A stretch of 53,153 bases of DNA from Methanosarcinaceae archaeon (GTDB lineage: Archaea > Halobacteriota > Methanosarcinia > Methanosarcinales > Methanosarcinaceae): NCBI GenBank assembly GCA_052361065.1, contig JBQVLY010000001.1, positions 1-53,153 of the forward strand, given 5' to 3'. The notes below the pieces were generated by a model. It had not been told where the DNA came from. It searched no databases and was given only the letters and a program-made list of their open reading frames with translations. A program made the translations under genes and the position numbers. Below are positions 9,409 through 19,826 of this stretch, piece after piece. The stretch's first letter is position 1. Every line of letters starts with the position of its first letter.

Positions 9409-10743
9409 TTACTTGAACAGACGCTCAACATCTGAAATTGCAGATGGAAGTGAGAATACCACTACATGATCCCCTTCTTCAATCACATAATTCCCACCAG
9501 GCACAATTGTTTCATTTTTATGGACGACCATGCTGATAAGTGCCCCTACCGGGAATTTAATCTTATTTAATGGTTTACCTGTAATCTTTGATTCGTTTAA
9601 CACGGTATATTCAATTATATCGGCTTTTTCACCTTCGATAGTTGTAAGCGCTTCAATACCAGTCCCCATTGTCAATTTTAACACTTCATTTACAGTTGCT
9701 TCCCTTGGACTTATGGCACTATCAATACCAACCATCTCAAAAAGCGGTACGTACTCGGAACGGTCAACTCTTGCGATAACTTTTTTTGCACCAAGTTGCT
9801 TTGATAGAAGTGCACAGAGCATGTTTTTTTCATCGCTATCTGTAACTGCGATGACCACGTCCATCTCATGCACATCTTCTTCCTTTAACAGGTTAATATC
9901 TGTTCCATCACCATGTAGCACCAGAACCTTTGGCATTTCATCAGCCACACACTCACACCGTTCCCTGTTGTTATCAATAATCTTAAGGTCCATATTATTT
10001 TTGTTGATCAACTTTGCAAGGTAAAATCCCACGACTCCCCCGCCTATGATCAATATCTTGCTGCGCCTTCCGGTAACTTCGCCAAAAATTCCCCTGATAT
10101 CCTTCATCGTATCGGTTTTTCCAATAACCACCATGTGGTCGTTCGCTTTTATAGTGTCACTACCATGTGGGATGATAACCTCTGCATTCCTAAAGAGTGC
10201 ACTCACAATGCAACATTCGGATAATTGAAGATCTCGCATTTGTTTCCCGACAAGTATATTATCCGGCCTGACTACAAACTCCATCATTTCCACTTTACCG
10301 TCTGCAAAAATCTCCGAATCAATAGCAGAAGGAATGGATAACACGTCAGCTACCTCTGATGCAAGAGCAAGTTCGGGACAGATCATAATATCGATTCCTA
10401 TCTGTGTGCGTTTTGCCACAGGCTTATCAATATAATCAGGATTAGTCACCCTTGCAATCGTTTTTACTGGTCTTTTGTCTTTTACTATTAGTTTGGCAGC
10501 CATACATACAACAATGTTTACCTCATCGTTTCCAGTCACCGAAACCAAAAGATCAGCATTTTCCAGAACATTTGAAAGAATTGATACATTTGCGCCGTTA
10601 CCATGGATAACCTGTACATCAAGTTCATCAGCCCTTTCACAAGCACCTTCATCTAAATCGATGATTACCACATCATGTGTCTTGTAAAGGGATTTTACAA
10701 TATGATAGCCCACTTCCCCTGCACCAACGATTACAGCTTTCAT
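9409..10743 (-). CDS. trkA: Trk system NAD-binding subunit TrkA (two RCK domains)
   Basis: MKAVIVGAGEVGYHI and a second ILIIGGGVVGFYLA Rossmann loop. 444 aa. Confidence 0.9.
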   Translation of the reverse strand: MKAVIVGAGEVGYHIVKSLYKTHDVVIIDLDEGACERADELDVQVIHGNGANVSILSNVLENADLLVSVTGNDEVNIVVCMAAKLIVKDKRPVKTIARVTNPDYIDKPVAKRTQIGIDIMICPELALASEVADVLSIPSAIDSEIFADGKVEMMEFVVRPDNILVGKQMRDLQLSECCIVSALFRNAEVIIPHGSDTIKANDHMVVIGKTDTMKDIRGIFGEVTGRRSKILIIGGGVVGFYLAKLINKNNMDLKIIDNNRERCECVADEMPKVLVLHGDGTDINLLKEEDVHEMDVVIAVTDSDEKNMLCALLSKQLGAKKVIARVDRSEYVPLFEMVGIDSAISPREATVNEVLKLTMGTGIEALTTIEGEKADIIEYTVLNESKITGKPLNKIKFPVGALISMVVHKNETIVPGGNYVIEEGDHVVVFSLPSAISDVERLFK

Positions 10744-10961
10744 GATATTCCCTCAAACCAATTAAGTTGATATTGACAAGAAAATGCTCCCTGTGGTCGC
10801 ATTTATATGGAGTACAACAATTATACTTTATACACAATGAGAAACTACTAGTTAATGTTTGGATTTACTTTGGATATATATTTACACAAATTATGAAATA
10901 AATGAACATATCATAACATGGAATATGCTTTATTATCAGTATTAGTGTTTATACTTTGCTC

Positions 10962-10999
10962 TATTAAAACATCATTTAAATATTAAAACATCATTTAAA
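10962..10999. repeat. perfect 19-bp tandem duplication (TATTAAAACATCATTTAAA x2)
   Basis: Read directly in the AT-rich spacer upstream of trkA and downstream of dnaJ. Confidence 0.9.
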
Positions 11000-11070
11000 T
11001 TAAAAATATCAAGTTGAAAAAAGTCATTCAATATCTCATTAATGTTATTATGTGAAATTTAACCCAAAAA

Positions 11071-12213
11071 CTATACTTCAAATGCATCTTTAACTTTCTT
11101 GAATATCCCTTTACCACTTTTGCTTGATTGTTTGCTGTTGTCATTGCTGATTTTGTCAAACTCTTCGAGAAGGTGTTTCTGCTCACTTGTTAACTTGGTC
11201 GGAGTCTTCACAATTACCCTCACGTGCTGGTCACCCTGCCCATATCCGTGCAGATGCGATATACCCTTACCTTTTAACCTGAATACTGAATTTGTCTGTG
11301 TCCCTTTTGGCACATCCATTTTGACCTTACCATGAAGGGTATTTACCATAACAGATGCCCCAAGTGCAGCCTGAGTGAAGGATATGGGTAACGCACACAC
11401 AATATCATCTCCAACACGTTCTAATTTGTCGTGTGGTTTGACATGTATCACTACGTAAAGATCACCTGGTGGTGCACCCGGACTTCCTGCTTCTCCTTCG
11501 CCATGCACCTTCAGGCGAATACCGTTATCCGCGCCCGCTGGTACTTTCACCGATATCTTGCGAACCCTCTTGATCTTGCCTGTGCCCTTACATGCAGGAC
11601 ATGGTGATTCGATTACCTGTCCGTTTCCATGACATGTATTGCAGGTAGCAGTTGTCATAATTCGCCCAAATGGCGTGTTCTGTACACGATTTGTTTGCCC
11701 GCTTCCGTGACAGGTGGGACAATTCTTCGGACTTGTTCCTTTTTTTGCACCACTGCCACCACAGGTATCACAGTTTTCAGCTCGTGGTACATTGATATTT
11801 GTTTTAATTCCAAATGCTGCATCCTTTAAATTGATCGAAAGGTCATATCGTAAATCCGAACCCCGCATTGGCCCCTGTCTTCGGTGTCTTCCTCCACCGC
11901 CACCACCGCCAAATAACATGTCAAAGATATCACCCAATCCGCCACCAAAATCGGCATTCCTGAATATATCCTCTGTAGAATAGTGACTATCTATGCCTGC
12001 ATGTCCGTATCGGTCATATTCTAAACGTTTTTCCTTATCTGACAACACTGCATAAGCTTCGGATATTTCCTTGAACTTTTCTTCTGCATCAGCTTCTTTG
12101 TTCTTGTCAGGATGAAATTTCATGGCAAGTTTGCGATACGTTTTCTTAAGCTCCGCTTCTGATACATCTTTGGAGATACCGAGTATTTCATAATAATCAC
12201 GTTTAGTGGACAT
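11071..12213 (-). CDS. dnaJ: chaperone DnaJ (Hsp40)
   Basis: J domain with HPD (KFHPDKN), a Gly-rich linker and four CxxCxGxG zinc-finger repeats. Confidence 0.97.
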   Translation of the reverse strand: MSTKRDYYEILGISKDVSEAELKKTYRKLAMKFHPDKNKEADAEEKFKEISEAYAVLSDKEKRLEYDRYGHAGIDSHYSTEDIFRNADFGGGLGDIFDMLFGGGGGGGRHRRQGPMRGSDLRYDLSINLKDAAFGIKTNINVPRAENCDTCGGSGAKKGTSPKNCPTCHGSGQTNRVQNTPFGRIMTTATCNTCHGNGQVIESPCPACKGTGKIKRVRKISVKVPAGADNGIRLKVHGEGEAGSPGAPPGDLYVVIHVKPHDKLERVGDDIVCALPISFTQAALGASVMVNTLHGKVKMDVPKGTQTNSVFRLKGKGISHLHGYGQGDQHVRVIVKTPTKLTSEQKHLLEEFDKISNDNSKQSSKSGKGIFKKVKDAFEV

Positions 12214-12310
12214 GAATCATTCCTTATATACCTATAAAAAGAATATGCAGGACAATACATTTTAAGTTGCATCATCCTTTTTTTCTTTCTGTTATTCTTA
12301 TGCAATAAGG

Positions 12311-14167
12311 CTATTTATCTTCATCGACGACTTCATAATCTGCGTCAACAACTGTCTCTTCGGAGGTATCCTCGCCTTTTGAGGTACTTTCGTCACTATC
12401 AGCCGCATCCGCAGTTGCTTCATCCTGAGCTTTTTGGTACATTGCAGCGGACACCTCATATATCGAGGTCTGGAGTATTTCGGTCTTTTCCTTGATAACT
12501 TCAATATCCTCACCTTCAAGCGCTTCCTTGAGTTCGGATGTTGCCGCCTCAATAGCAGATTTTTGTTCATCGGTTGCGATATCATCAGCTTCTTTCAAAA
12601 CTTTTTCGGAAGCATTCACAAGTGCTTCTGCATTGTTCCGTATCTCGACCTCTTCTTTGCGCTTTGTATCTTCTGCGGCATGCAATTCAGCATCATCTAC
12701 CATCTTCTTAATCTCATCATCAGACAATCCGCCAGGCTTCTGTATGGAGATAGACTGTTCCTTTCCGGTTCCAAGGTCCTTTGCATTCACATGCAGGATA
12801 CCATTGGAATCAATATCAAATGTAACTTCGATCTGTGGCAATCCTCGTGGCGCAGGTGGAAGACCATCAAGCATGAACCTGCCAAGTGTCTTGTTAGCAG
12901 AAGCAATTCCACGCTCACCCTGCAAAATATGGATCTCTACGGATGGCTGGTTGTCTGCTGCTGTTGAGAATGTCTGGCTTTTCTTTGTAGGGATTGTTGT
13001 ATTACGCTCAATAAGCGGTGTTGCAACACCACCAAGCGTCTCAATTCCAAGGGAAAGTGGGGTTACGTCAAGTAGAAGTACATCCTTCACATCCCCGGCA
13101 AGCACACCTGCCTGAATAGCAGCACCAAGAGCCACTGCTTCATCGGGATTAATGTTCTTGTAAGGATCCTGTCCTGTGAATTTTCTGACAGTAGCAAATA
13201 CTGCAGGAGTTCTTGTAGAACCACCTATCAGGAGTACTTTGTCGATATCAGCAGGTTTAAGTTTTGCATCCTTAATTGCCTGCTTCATAGAAACCAGTGT
13301 CTTATCCACAAGATCTTCTGTCATCTTGTCAAACTGCGCTCTTGTTATGTCAACATCAATGTGTTTTGGCTGCCCGTTCGCATCTGCAGTGATAAACGGC
13401 ATGTTCACGTTTGTAGAAGGAACTCCGGACAGTTCGATCTTTGCCTTCTCTGCTGCATCTTTTAAGCGCTGGAGTGCAGCCTTGTCATTGGACAGGTCAA
13501 TACCTTCTTCCTTTTTGAATTCTTCAACCAGATGGTCAACGATCCTGTCATCAAAGTCGTCTCCACCAAGTTTAGTATCACCACTTGTTGAGAGTACTTC
13601 AAAAACACCATCACCAAGTTCAAGCAGGGATACGTCAAAAGTGCCACCTCCAAGATCGTAAACAAATATTTTCTGGTCGCCTTCTTTCTTATCAAGACCA
13701 TATGCAAGTGACGCAGCGGTAGGTTCATTAATAATCCTCATCACTTCAAGTCCGGCAATGGTTCCGGCATCCTTTGTAGCCTGTCTCTGCGCGTCATTAA
13801 AATATGCAGGTACGGTAATTACAGCTTGTGTGATTGTTTCTCCGAGATACGCTTCTGCGTCTTCTTTCATCTTTCGGAGGATCATTGAAGAGACTTCCTG
13901 GGGTGTATGGTCTTTGCCATTGAGATTTACTACATAGTCAGGTTCGCCAACGTGTCTTTTGATTGAACTTACTGTATTATCAGGGTTTGCGATCAACTGT
14001 CTTTTGGCAACCTGTCCTACAAGTTTCTCTCCTTTTTTTGAGAAACCCACAACTGATGGAGTTGTTCTTCCACCTTCGGCATTTGGGATTATGGTAGGTT
14101 CCCCGCCTTCAATGACTGCCATGCATGAATTAGTTGTACCAAGATCAATTCCAAGTATTTTTGCCAT
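12311..14167 (-). CDS. dnaK: chaperone DnaK (Hsp70)
   Basis: [14 protein letters not shown] start at 14167, preceded by [17 protein letters not shown] motif and acidic C-terminus. The ORF-track form from 14272 is an upstream extension. Confidence 0.97.
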   Translation of the reverse strand: MAKILGIDLGTTNSCMAVIEGGEPTIIPNAEGGRTTPSVVGFSKKGEKLVGQVAKRQLIANPDNTVSSIKRHVGEPDYVVNLNGKDHTPQEVSSMILRKMKEDAEAYLGETITQAVITVPAYFNDAQRQATKDAGTIAGLEVMRIINEPTAASLAYGLDKKEGDQKIFVYDLGGGTFDVSLLELGDGVFEVLSTSGDTKLGGDDFDDRIVDHLVEEFKKEEGIDLSNDKAALQRLKDAAEKAKIELSGVPSTNVNMPFITADANGQPKHIDVDITRAQFDKMTEDLVDKTLVSMKQAIKDAKLKPADIDKVLLIGGSTRTPAVFATVRKFTGQDPYKNINPDEAVALGAAIQAGVLAGDVKDVLLLDVTPLSLGIETLGGVATPLIERNTTIPTKKSQTFSTAADNQPSVEIHILQGERGIASANKTLGRFMLDGLPPAPRGLPQIEVTFDIDSNGILHVNAKDLGTGKEQSISIQKPGGLSDDEIKKMVDDAELHAAEDTKRKEEVEIRNNAEALVNASEKVLKEADDIATDEQKSAIEAATSELKEALEGEDIEVIKEKTEILQTSIYEVSAAMYQKAQDEATADAADSDESTSKGEDTSEETVVDADYEVVDEDK

Positions 14168-14207
14168 ATTATTACCTCTTGTTAGTTTATTCGTGATTAT
14201 AAATTTG

Positions 14208-14816
14208 CTAATTGTTATTCGTTGTTTGCTTTTTTCCAGACTTGTTCTGATCGTTTTCAGGTTTTTTTGCAATCGTGACCATTACAGGTCTTATGACTCT
14301 TGAATGCAACATGTATCCGGGTTTGTGGACATCGATAATAGTATTGTCAGGGTATTCATTGGTTTTAATGTGGAGCATTGCTTCGTGCAGGTGCGGGTCA
14401 AACTCTTCACCCCTGCATTCGATTTTTTTAACTCCTTCTTTTTCAAGTATCGAAATAAACTGTTTCAGCACCATTTCAATACCATCGATTACGGATCCAA
14501 TATTTTCATTATCTGCCGACTTTGCAGAATCCAATGCGCGTTCGAAGTTATCACAAACTTCAAGCATATTTATCATAATACTCTCAGTTGCATATTTTCG
14601 AAATTCTTCCTTTTCACGATTGCTCCGTTTCCTGAAATTATCAAATTCCGCACCAAGGCGAAGCAGTTTGTCATTGAGTTGTGCGGTCTCATCATCAATT
14701 GGTATTGATTGTTCTTCGACCTGTTCGCATTCATCTGCATTTTCCGATTCAGGAACCATGTTATTTTCTTCAAGATTTTCGTTACCCATTAATTCATATC
14801 CCCGTCTGGAACGCAT
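14208..14816 (-). CDS. grpE: nucleotide exchange factor GrpE
   Basis: Acidic N-terminus, [19 protein letters not shown] and FDPHLHEAM motifs. First gene of grpE-dnaK-dnaJ. The start could also be the ATG at 14789. Confidence 0.93.
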   Translation of the reverse strand: MRSRRGYELMGNENLEENNMVPESENADECEQVEEQSIPIDDETAQLNDKLLRLGAEFDNFRKRSNREKEEFRKYATESIMINMLEVCDNFERALDSAKSADNENIGSVIDGIEMVLKQFISILEKEGVKKIECRGEEFDPHLHEAMLHIKTNEYPDNTIIDVHKPGYMLHSRVIRPVMVTIAKKPENDQNKSGKKQTTNNN

Positions 14817-14915
14817 AAAGTTTTAGTTTTATTGAAACAAATGATTGTTTGTACTTCTATAAAAACATTGCGGATGAAAACCAAGTATTATGTAGTTCTG
14901 AATAGAACTATTTTT

Positions 14916-16790
14916 TCAAAACTTTTTTTCCAGTAACCTTGCCTTCCCAACAAATCTCATAACAGTTATCACAAAAGTGGCATGAGCCCATGTAAGAGGG
15001 CTGACACTTAAGGGACTTCCGTCAAAAGGATTCAGTTGTTCTGCAAGAATTCCGGTCTGTGTCGCATGATCTGTGGCCCACAGCAGTATCTCCCTTGGTT
15101 TTTGCAGGTCATTGATGCTCTTTGCCTTCTGGATATGCCATTGGGCTACCCAGAGGGTACATATAAACCAGGGATTGCCTGGTATTACCTCATTATCATA
15201 TTCCGTTACCTGGTGATACACATCCTTATAGAATCGGGCGATACCACCTATGTTCGTTTTTACGGACAATTTTCTTTCTATGGTTTCCATAGTATTAATT
15301 ACCCTTATGTCATCAGGGGGAAGTACCCTGAACTGGGACACAGCATACAGGCTGGCATCTACAGTCTCATCCCTTGGGTTGATGCTTCGCAGGAACCGTC
15401 CCAGCTTTTCATCATAGAGATGTTTCTCTATCCCCTCTTTTACCTCCTGAGCAGCCGTGTTGTATTTTATTACCAGTTCATCATCCCCATATAATTCTGC
15501 AAAACTGGCTGCACACTTCAGACCGGCATACACGGTCGAAGATGTGTAGGTATGGACTGCCCTGTTCTCTTCCCACAGGTTATAACTGGGCTTTGGAAGC
15601 CCGGTTGCACCATCACGATACCTTGTCATAAAATCAGCAGCCGGCTTTATTATTGAGAAATATAATGGATTTACGGTCTCAATACATCCGGTAATCTTGT
15701 AATGGTTCCAAAGTGCCACAACTATAAGCGCAGTGCTGTCTTCCTGTATTGGAAGCTGGATACTTCCATCAGGAGCGATCCATGGCATCCAGCCGCTTGC
15801 AAGTGTGCCTGTGGGATTGTACTTCTGCAGGAAATATCCATGCTCACTGATAAGATCATTACAATACTCAAAAAATACATCCACAATTCCGGAATGACGT
15901 GCCATGTCCATTGCCATGGCAATAAACGCACTGTCCCGCGGCCACATGTAACTGTATGAATCCATGTTGAACCGTTTAAGGATATCACTATCATTAGCAG
16001 CAATGATTGCCCCGCCATTATCGATCTGCGACCTTATGATAAGCAGGCTGTGTTTGAACAGGCCTGTCACCTTTGCAGGAAGGTCATAAAAATCATAATT
16101 TTCTTTGTTCACCCAGGAATGATAATACTTCTCGGCTTCGACCATCATTCGCCCGGGAGTTCTTTTGCTGATCAATTCATTGATCCGCTTGACATCAAAA
16201 AATGATTTCCCTGCTGCTATCCAGTAATATTGTGTTTTTGTCTCACCAGCAGCAATATGCTGGGTGAACCTGATGAAACTGTTCACTTCCCCTATCTGTA
16301 TGGAATTCATATTAAGTTCTGCTGACCTTATTGCACCGGATTTATAATTTTCTTTTGGACCTATCTCATAACGATCGAAATTCGGTAAGCCACTTATAAG
16401 AAAATATCGGGAGCGCTGGTAATGTATTATGGAACGCAATGCCGGGTCATATATGCTTGTATCCCCCATCGGTTGCTCATAAAGTGCAATGTCATGTGAG
16501 AAGAGTAAATTTAGTTTGATATCCTTTGTATCAGTATTTGTAATTTCGATCCTGCGAATGAACACGTTTTCGAAAGGATGAACACATTCATTAAATCTCA
16601 GGTCAATGTTGAGCCGATCGTTGCGGTAATGGGAATCGGTTACTAACGTCTCTTCCTTATAACCAAGCCGGTAGGCCCAGTCAGTCCCTATCAGGGAGAC
16701 CATACCCATATTTTTCCCATCAATCACCACCCCTACACGACAGTGGCGGTTGTTTATGTGGTTCTCATCCCCTACATGAGGAAAGTACAT
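14916..16790 (-). CDS. glycoside hydrolase family 15 (glucoamylase/glucodextranase-like)
   Basis: 624 aa. YSYMWPRDSAF, LWEE and (alpha/alpha)6-type motifs. A conserved-looking N-terminal segment continues in frame upstream of the first ATG without a canonical start (see finding). Confidence 0.85.
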   Translation of the reverse strand: MYFPHVGDENHINNRHCRVGVVIDGKNMGMVSLIGTDWAYRLGYKEETLVTDSHYRNDRLNIDLRFNECVHPFENVFIRRIEITNTDTKDIKLNLLFSHDIALYEQPMGDTSIYDPALRSIIHYQRSRYFLISGLPNFDRYEIGPKENYKSGAIRSAELNMNSIQIGEVNSFIRFTQHIAAGETKTQYYWIAAGKSFFDVKRINELISKRTPGRMMVEAEKYYHSWVNKENYDFYDLPAKVTGLFKHSLLIIRSQIDNGGAIIAANDSDILKRFNMDSYSYMWPRDSAFIAMAMDMARHSGIVDVFFEYCNDLISEHGYFLQKYNPTGTLASGWMPWIAPDGSIQLPIQEDSTALIVVALWNHYKITGCIETVNPLYFSIIKPAADFMTRYRDGATGLPKPSYNLWEENRAVHTYTSSTVYAGLKCAASFAELYGDDELVIKYNTAAQEVKEGIEKHLYDEKLGRFLRSINPRDETVDASLYAVSQFRVLPPDDIRVINTMETIERKLSVKTNIGGIARFYKDVYHQVTEYDNEVIPGNPWFICTLWVAQWHIQKAKSINDLQKPREILLWATDHATQTGILAEQLNPFDGSPLSVSPLTWAHATFVITVMRFVGKARLLEKKF

Positions 16791-16867
16791 GTCCCGTATG
16801 CTTGCGTTCTCATCAAGATTTACCAGCAGGGATCCATTCCCGATAACAAGTGGTTTTGGTATTTTAT

Positions 16868-17106
16868 CACAACCTTTACAGTCACAACCTTTACAGTCAC
16901 AACCTTTAACTGTGATTAGTACTATATTAATTGATAGATATTTAATGCTTGGAACTTAATGAGCTTTTTAGTTATATATAGTATTATTTATTTTCACAAC
17001 CTTTACAGTCGCAACCTTTAACTGAGATTAGTACTATATTAACTAATAGATATTTGATGCTTGGAATTTAATGAGCTTTTTAGTTATATATAGTATTATT
17101 TATTTC
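16868..17106. repeat. nested tandem repeats: 15-bp units (CACAACCTTTACAGT) inside two ~112-bp tandem copies (16883-16994, 16995-17106)
   Basis: Direct reading. Both 112-bp copies end in GAGCTTTTTAGTTATATATAGTATTATTTATTT and differ at only a handful of positions. Confidence 0.9.
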
Positions 17107-17176
17107 ATATGCGCAGGTAAACTACGAGCATTAGCGAGTAGTTTATTGTTCATAACTTTGTAAAGGGGGATAAAAA

Positions 17177-18712
17177 ATGGAAACAAGACAGCAAAAGGCA
17201 GATGATATGAGTATTGGTTTTATTTCGTATGAGTTCCCACCAAAAGTTTTTGGAGGGGTTGGGGTTCATGTGAGCGAACTTACAAGGCATCTTGCTAAGA
17301 GTATCGGGCAGGTGCATGTGTTTACATCATATGTTGAAGGATTAAATGACCAGAAAGTAGACGGTGTGTATGTACACAGGTCACCTAAACCTTTAGTACC
17401 GGAATCAAATCGTTCCAGCAATATCTATAAGAGAATAACATCAAATTGTAACATACCAGGGATAATGGATAGGTACATTTCCAGTGAAAAAACGGGCATG
17501 GTGTGTTCGCATGGGGGATTGAAACAAATGGCTGCAGCAGAAGCAAAAAAAAGTACCCATTTGCCCCTGTTAATGACTACCCGGAGTGTTGCCTCCGGCA
17601 AATTCGATTCAGATGAATTGATCGGTGTTAGTGTTATGGAGCAAGATATGGCGGGTGTGGCAGGCAGTCACATTGCAGTATCAAAATCCATGCAAATGGA
17701 ATGTAGCCAGGAATTTGGTGTAGAAGTGTTGAATGGCCGGAAAGTCAAAAGTGTATATGATCAAAGGTCACCTGAACTGTTAGTACCGACATCGAACTAT
17801 TCTAAAAAGGATCTTGAAAGAATAATAAACAATATTAACGTGGCAAAAATGGTGAATACAAACCTTTCGGATTCAAAACTTGACCTGTTACATTCACACG
17901 GGGGATTGATCCAGATGGCTGCAGCAGAAGCAAAAAAAAGTACCCATTTGCCCCTGGTTATGACGGCTCACAGTACCGAGATCAACAGGGTCATGCCAGA
18001 CAATTTAAGCATTCTTATGGAACAAAATGTTATGGACATGGTAGACAGGTTCATTGCAGTATCTAACTCAATACGAAAGGAACTGAACCGGACTTTTGGT
18101 ATTGGTTATAACAAGATCACGGTAATACCAAACGGCGTGAATACTACAATCTTCAAGCATCAGAATACTGATGATACACGCAGGAAATACCAACTTGATA
18201 ACAGGTTTATCGTGTTGTTTGTTGGAAGGGATGATCCGCAAAAAGGAGTGGGGAATCTGATCAAAGCCGTGAAGGATCTTGCCGTGCAGATACCTGAAAT
18301 TATGCTTGTCATGGTTGGCCAGCGGGATATTTATTCTGATAAACATATTCTCTGCCTCCCACGTGTCAGCAGAAGTGAACTTGTCAAATTATATTCCCTT
18401 TCCGATGTGTTCGTGCTGCCCAGTGTTTATGAACCGTTTGGTATTGTTCTCTTAGAGGCTATGGCATGCGAAACCCCGTGTATTGGATTTAGGATTGGTG
18501 GCATACCTGATATTATAGACCATGACAGGACAGGGCTTTTAGTAGAGCCGGGAAGTTATGAGGGGCTTTCTGATGCGATCGCCAGATTGTACCATAATCC
18601 TGAAAAACGTCAAAGAATGGGCAAAAATGGAAGGGATAGGGTAATTTCATTGTTTGACTGGAATTCTATCTCGGCGAAGACCATTGAAGTGTACCATAAG
18701 GTATTGAATTAA
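17177..18712 (+). CDS. GT4-family (GT-B) glycosyltransferase with an internal partial duplication
   Basis: N-terminal GGVGVHVSEL, C-terminal EPFGIVLLEAMACETP E-x7-E region, RBS AAGGGGGA. A segment of ~129 codons is duplicated in frame. Confidence 0.85.
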   Translation: METRQQKADDMSIGFISYEFPPKVFGGVGVHVSELTRHLAKSIGQVHVFTSYVEGLNDQKVDGVYVHRSPKPLVPESNRSSNIYKRITSNCNIPGIMDRYISSEKTGMVCSHGGLKQMAAAEAKKSTHLPLLMTTRSVASGKFDSDELIGVSVMEQDMAGVAGSHIAVSKSMQMECSQEFGVEVLNGRKVKSVYDQRSPELLVPTSNYSKKDLERIINNINVAKMVNTNLSDSKLDLLHSHGGLIQMAAAEAKKSTHLPLVMTAHSTEINRVMPDNLSILMEQNVMDMVDRFIAVSNSIRKELNRTFGIGYNKITVIPNGVNTTIFKHQNTDDTRRKYQLDNRFIVLFVGRDDPQKGVGNLIKAVKDLAVQIPEIMLVMVGQRDIYSDKHILCLPRVSRSELVKLYSLSDVFVLPSVYEPFGIVLLEAMACETPCIGFRIGGIPDIIDHDRTGLLVEPGSYEGLSDAIARLYHNPEKRQRMGKNGRDRVISLFDWNSISAKTIEVYHKVLN

Positions 18713-19071
18713 ATTTGTCCGGTCAAACGTTGCAACACACACTCAGCCGTAGCAGATATGTGGGTATAATGATTAATTTGGAGAGGTAAATTCATGGTTT
18801 TTTTTCAAGTTTGGGGACATCCTAAACTTATACTCTTTGACCGACATATACAACGACAGTAATATAGTCTTAATTATACGTAGAAAAGCGTATACCCTCA
18901 GGTATGTTTAACAAAAGATTTTTTTTGATAAGTATCCCGGTTGTGCGGGGTTTGCAAATCATATGATTATAAATCCGAGGTCTTACATGCGCCCCTGCGT
19001 CCCAGGGATAAATAAACTCATTCAACATATCACATAGAACAAGTATAGAATGATAAATTTAGAAGCAAACT

Positions 19072-19650
19072 TCATAAAATTAGTTGAATATCAGGTAGAT
19101 TATTTAATATACACTCGTATTTTTTACATTTTAATAATCTTCTCACAATATTTGGTAATGGCTCCGGCCATATTTCAAGAAGATCTGCTTCGCCTTTTAA
19201 TTTTACTGTAAAGGCAAGATGCTCAACAGGTGGATTAAATTGTGCATTAATATCTTCTTTATTGCCTCTTGGATCAATACGGTACCATCCAATCTTAGGT
19301 AGAAATACTGCAGTCAAACCATGAAGACAAAAAGGAGGGCCATTTTTACCTATGCTTAATCGCTGATAGCATAAACCAGAAGGGATTTTATTTGCTCTCA
19401 AAAAAGCTGCTAACAAATGACTTTTTGCATAACAGAAGCCAGTTTTATTTTCCAATACTTCAGATGCTTTCAAGGTCACCGGGTTCATTTGAAAATCAGA
19501 ACTATGATATATTTCATCTCTAACCCATTCAAAACAACTTTTTGCAATTTCAATTGGATTATCCAAATTATTTGATAATTCAAGAGCTTGTTCCAAGACT
19601 AAAGGATGATGCCAGTCAATTATATCTGTTGATTTTAGATATACTTGCAT
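19072..19650 (-). CDS. transglutaminase-like cysteine protease family protein
   Basis: 192 aa. GFCYAKSHLLAAFLRANKIPSGLCY (catalytic Cys region), HGLTAVFLPKIGWYRIDPRG (His/Asp region). Confidence 0.75.
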   Translation of the reverse strand: MQVYLKSTDIIDWHHPLVLEQALELSNNLDNPIEIAKSCFEWVRDEIYHSSDFQMNPVTLKASEVLENKTGFCYAKSHLLAAFLRANKIPSGLCYQRLSIGKNGPPFCLHGLTAVFLPKIGWYRIDPRGNKEDINAQFNPPVEHLAFTVKLKGEADLLEIWPEPLPNIVRRLLKCKKYECILNNLPDIQLIL

Positions 19651-19826
19651 TTGCTATCTCCATTGAATACCAAAACCTTGTACTTTTCTTTTGGATGTGC
19701 GCCTATTCTGGAATTTGAAAGGATTGATTCAAAATCACACTATTTGACCTGGCATTTATTCCCCATCCTGCAGTCAACGACTCCGGGCTACAAGCCCGAA
19801 GCATCAAGGCGGGCGCATGAGGATTT

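Noticed and set aside
12434-13661. Several 160-207-aa + strand ORFs
   Set aside because: All are antisense to dnaK with Ser/Ile/Phe-rich composition and no motifs. They are shadow ORFs.
16868-17106. Possible CRISPR array
   Set aside because: There are only two large units, directly abutting with no unique spacers. The short 15-bp units are also contiguous, and no cas genes lie nearby. It is a tandem duplication, not a CRISPR array.
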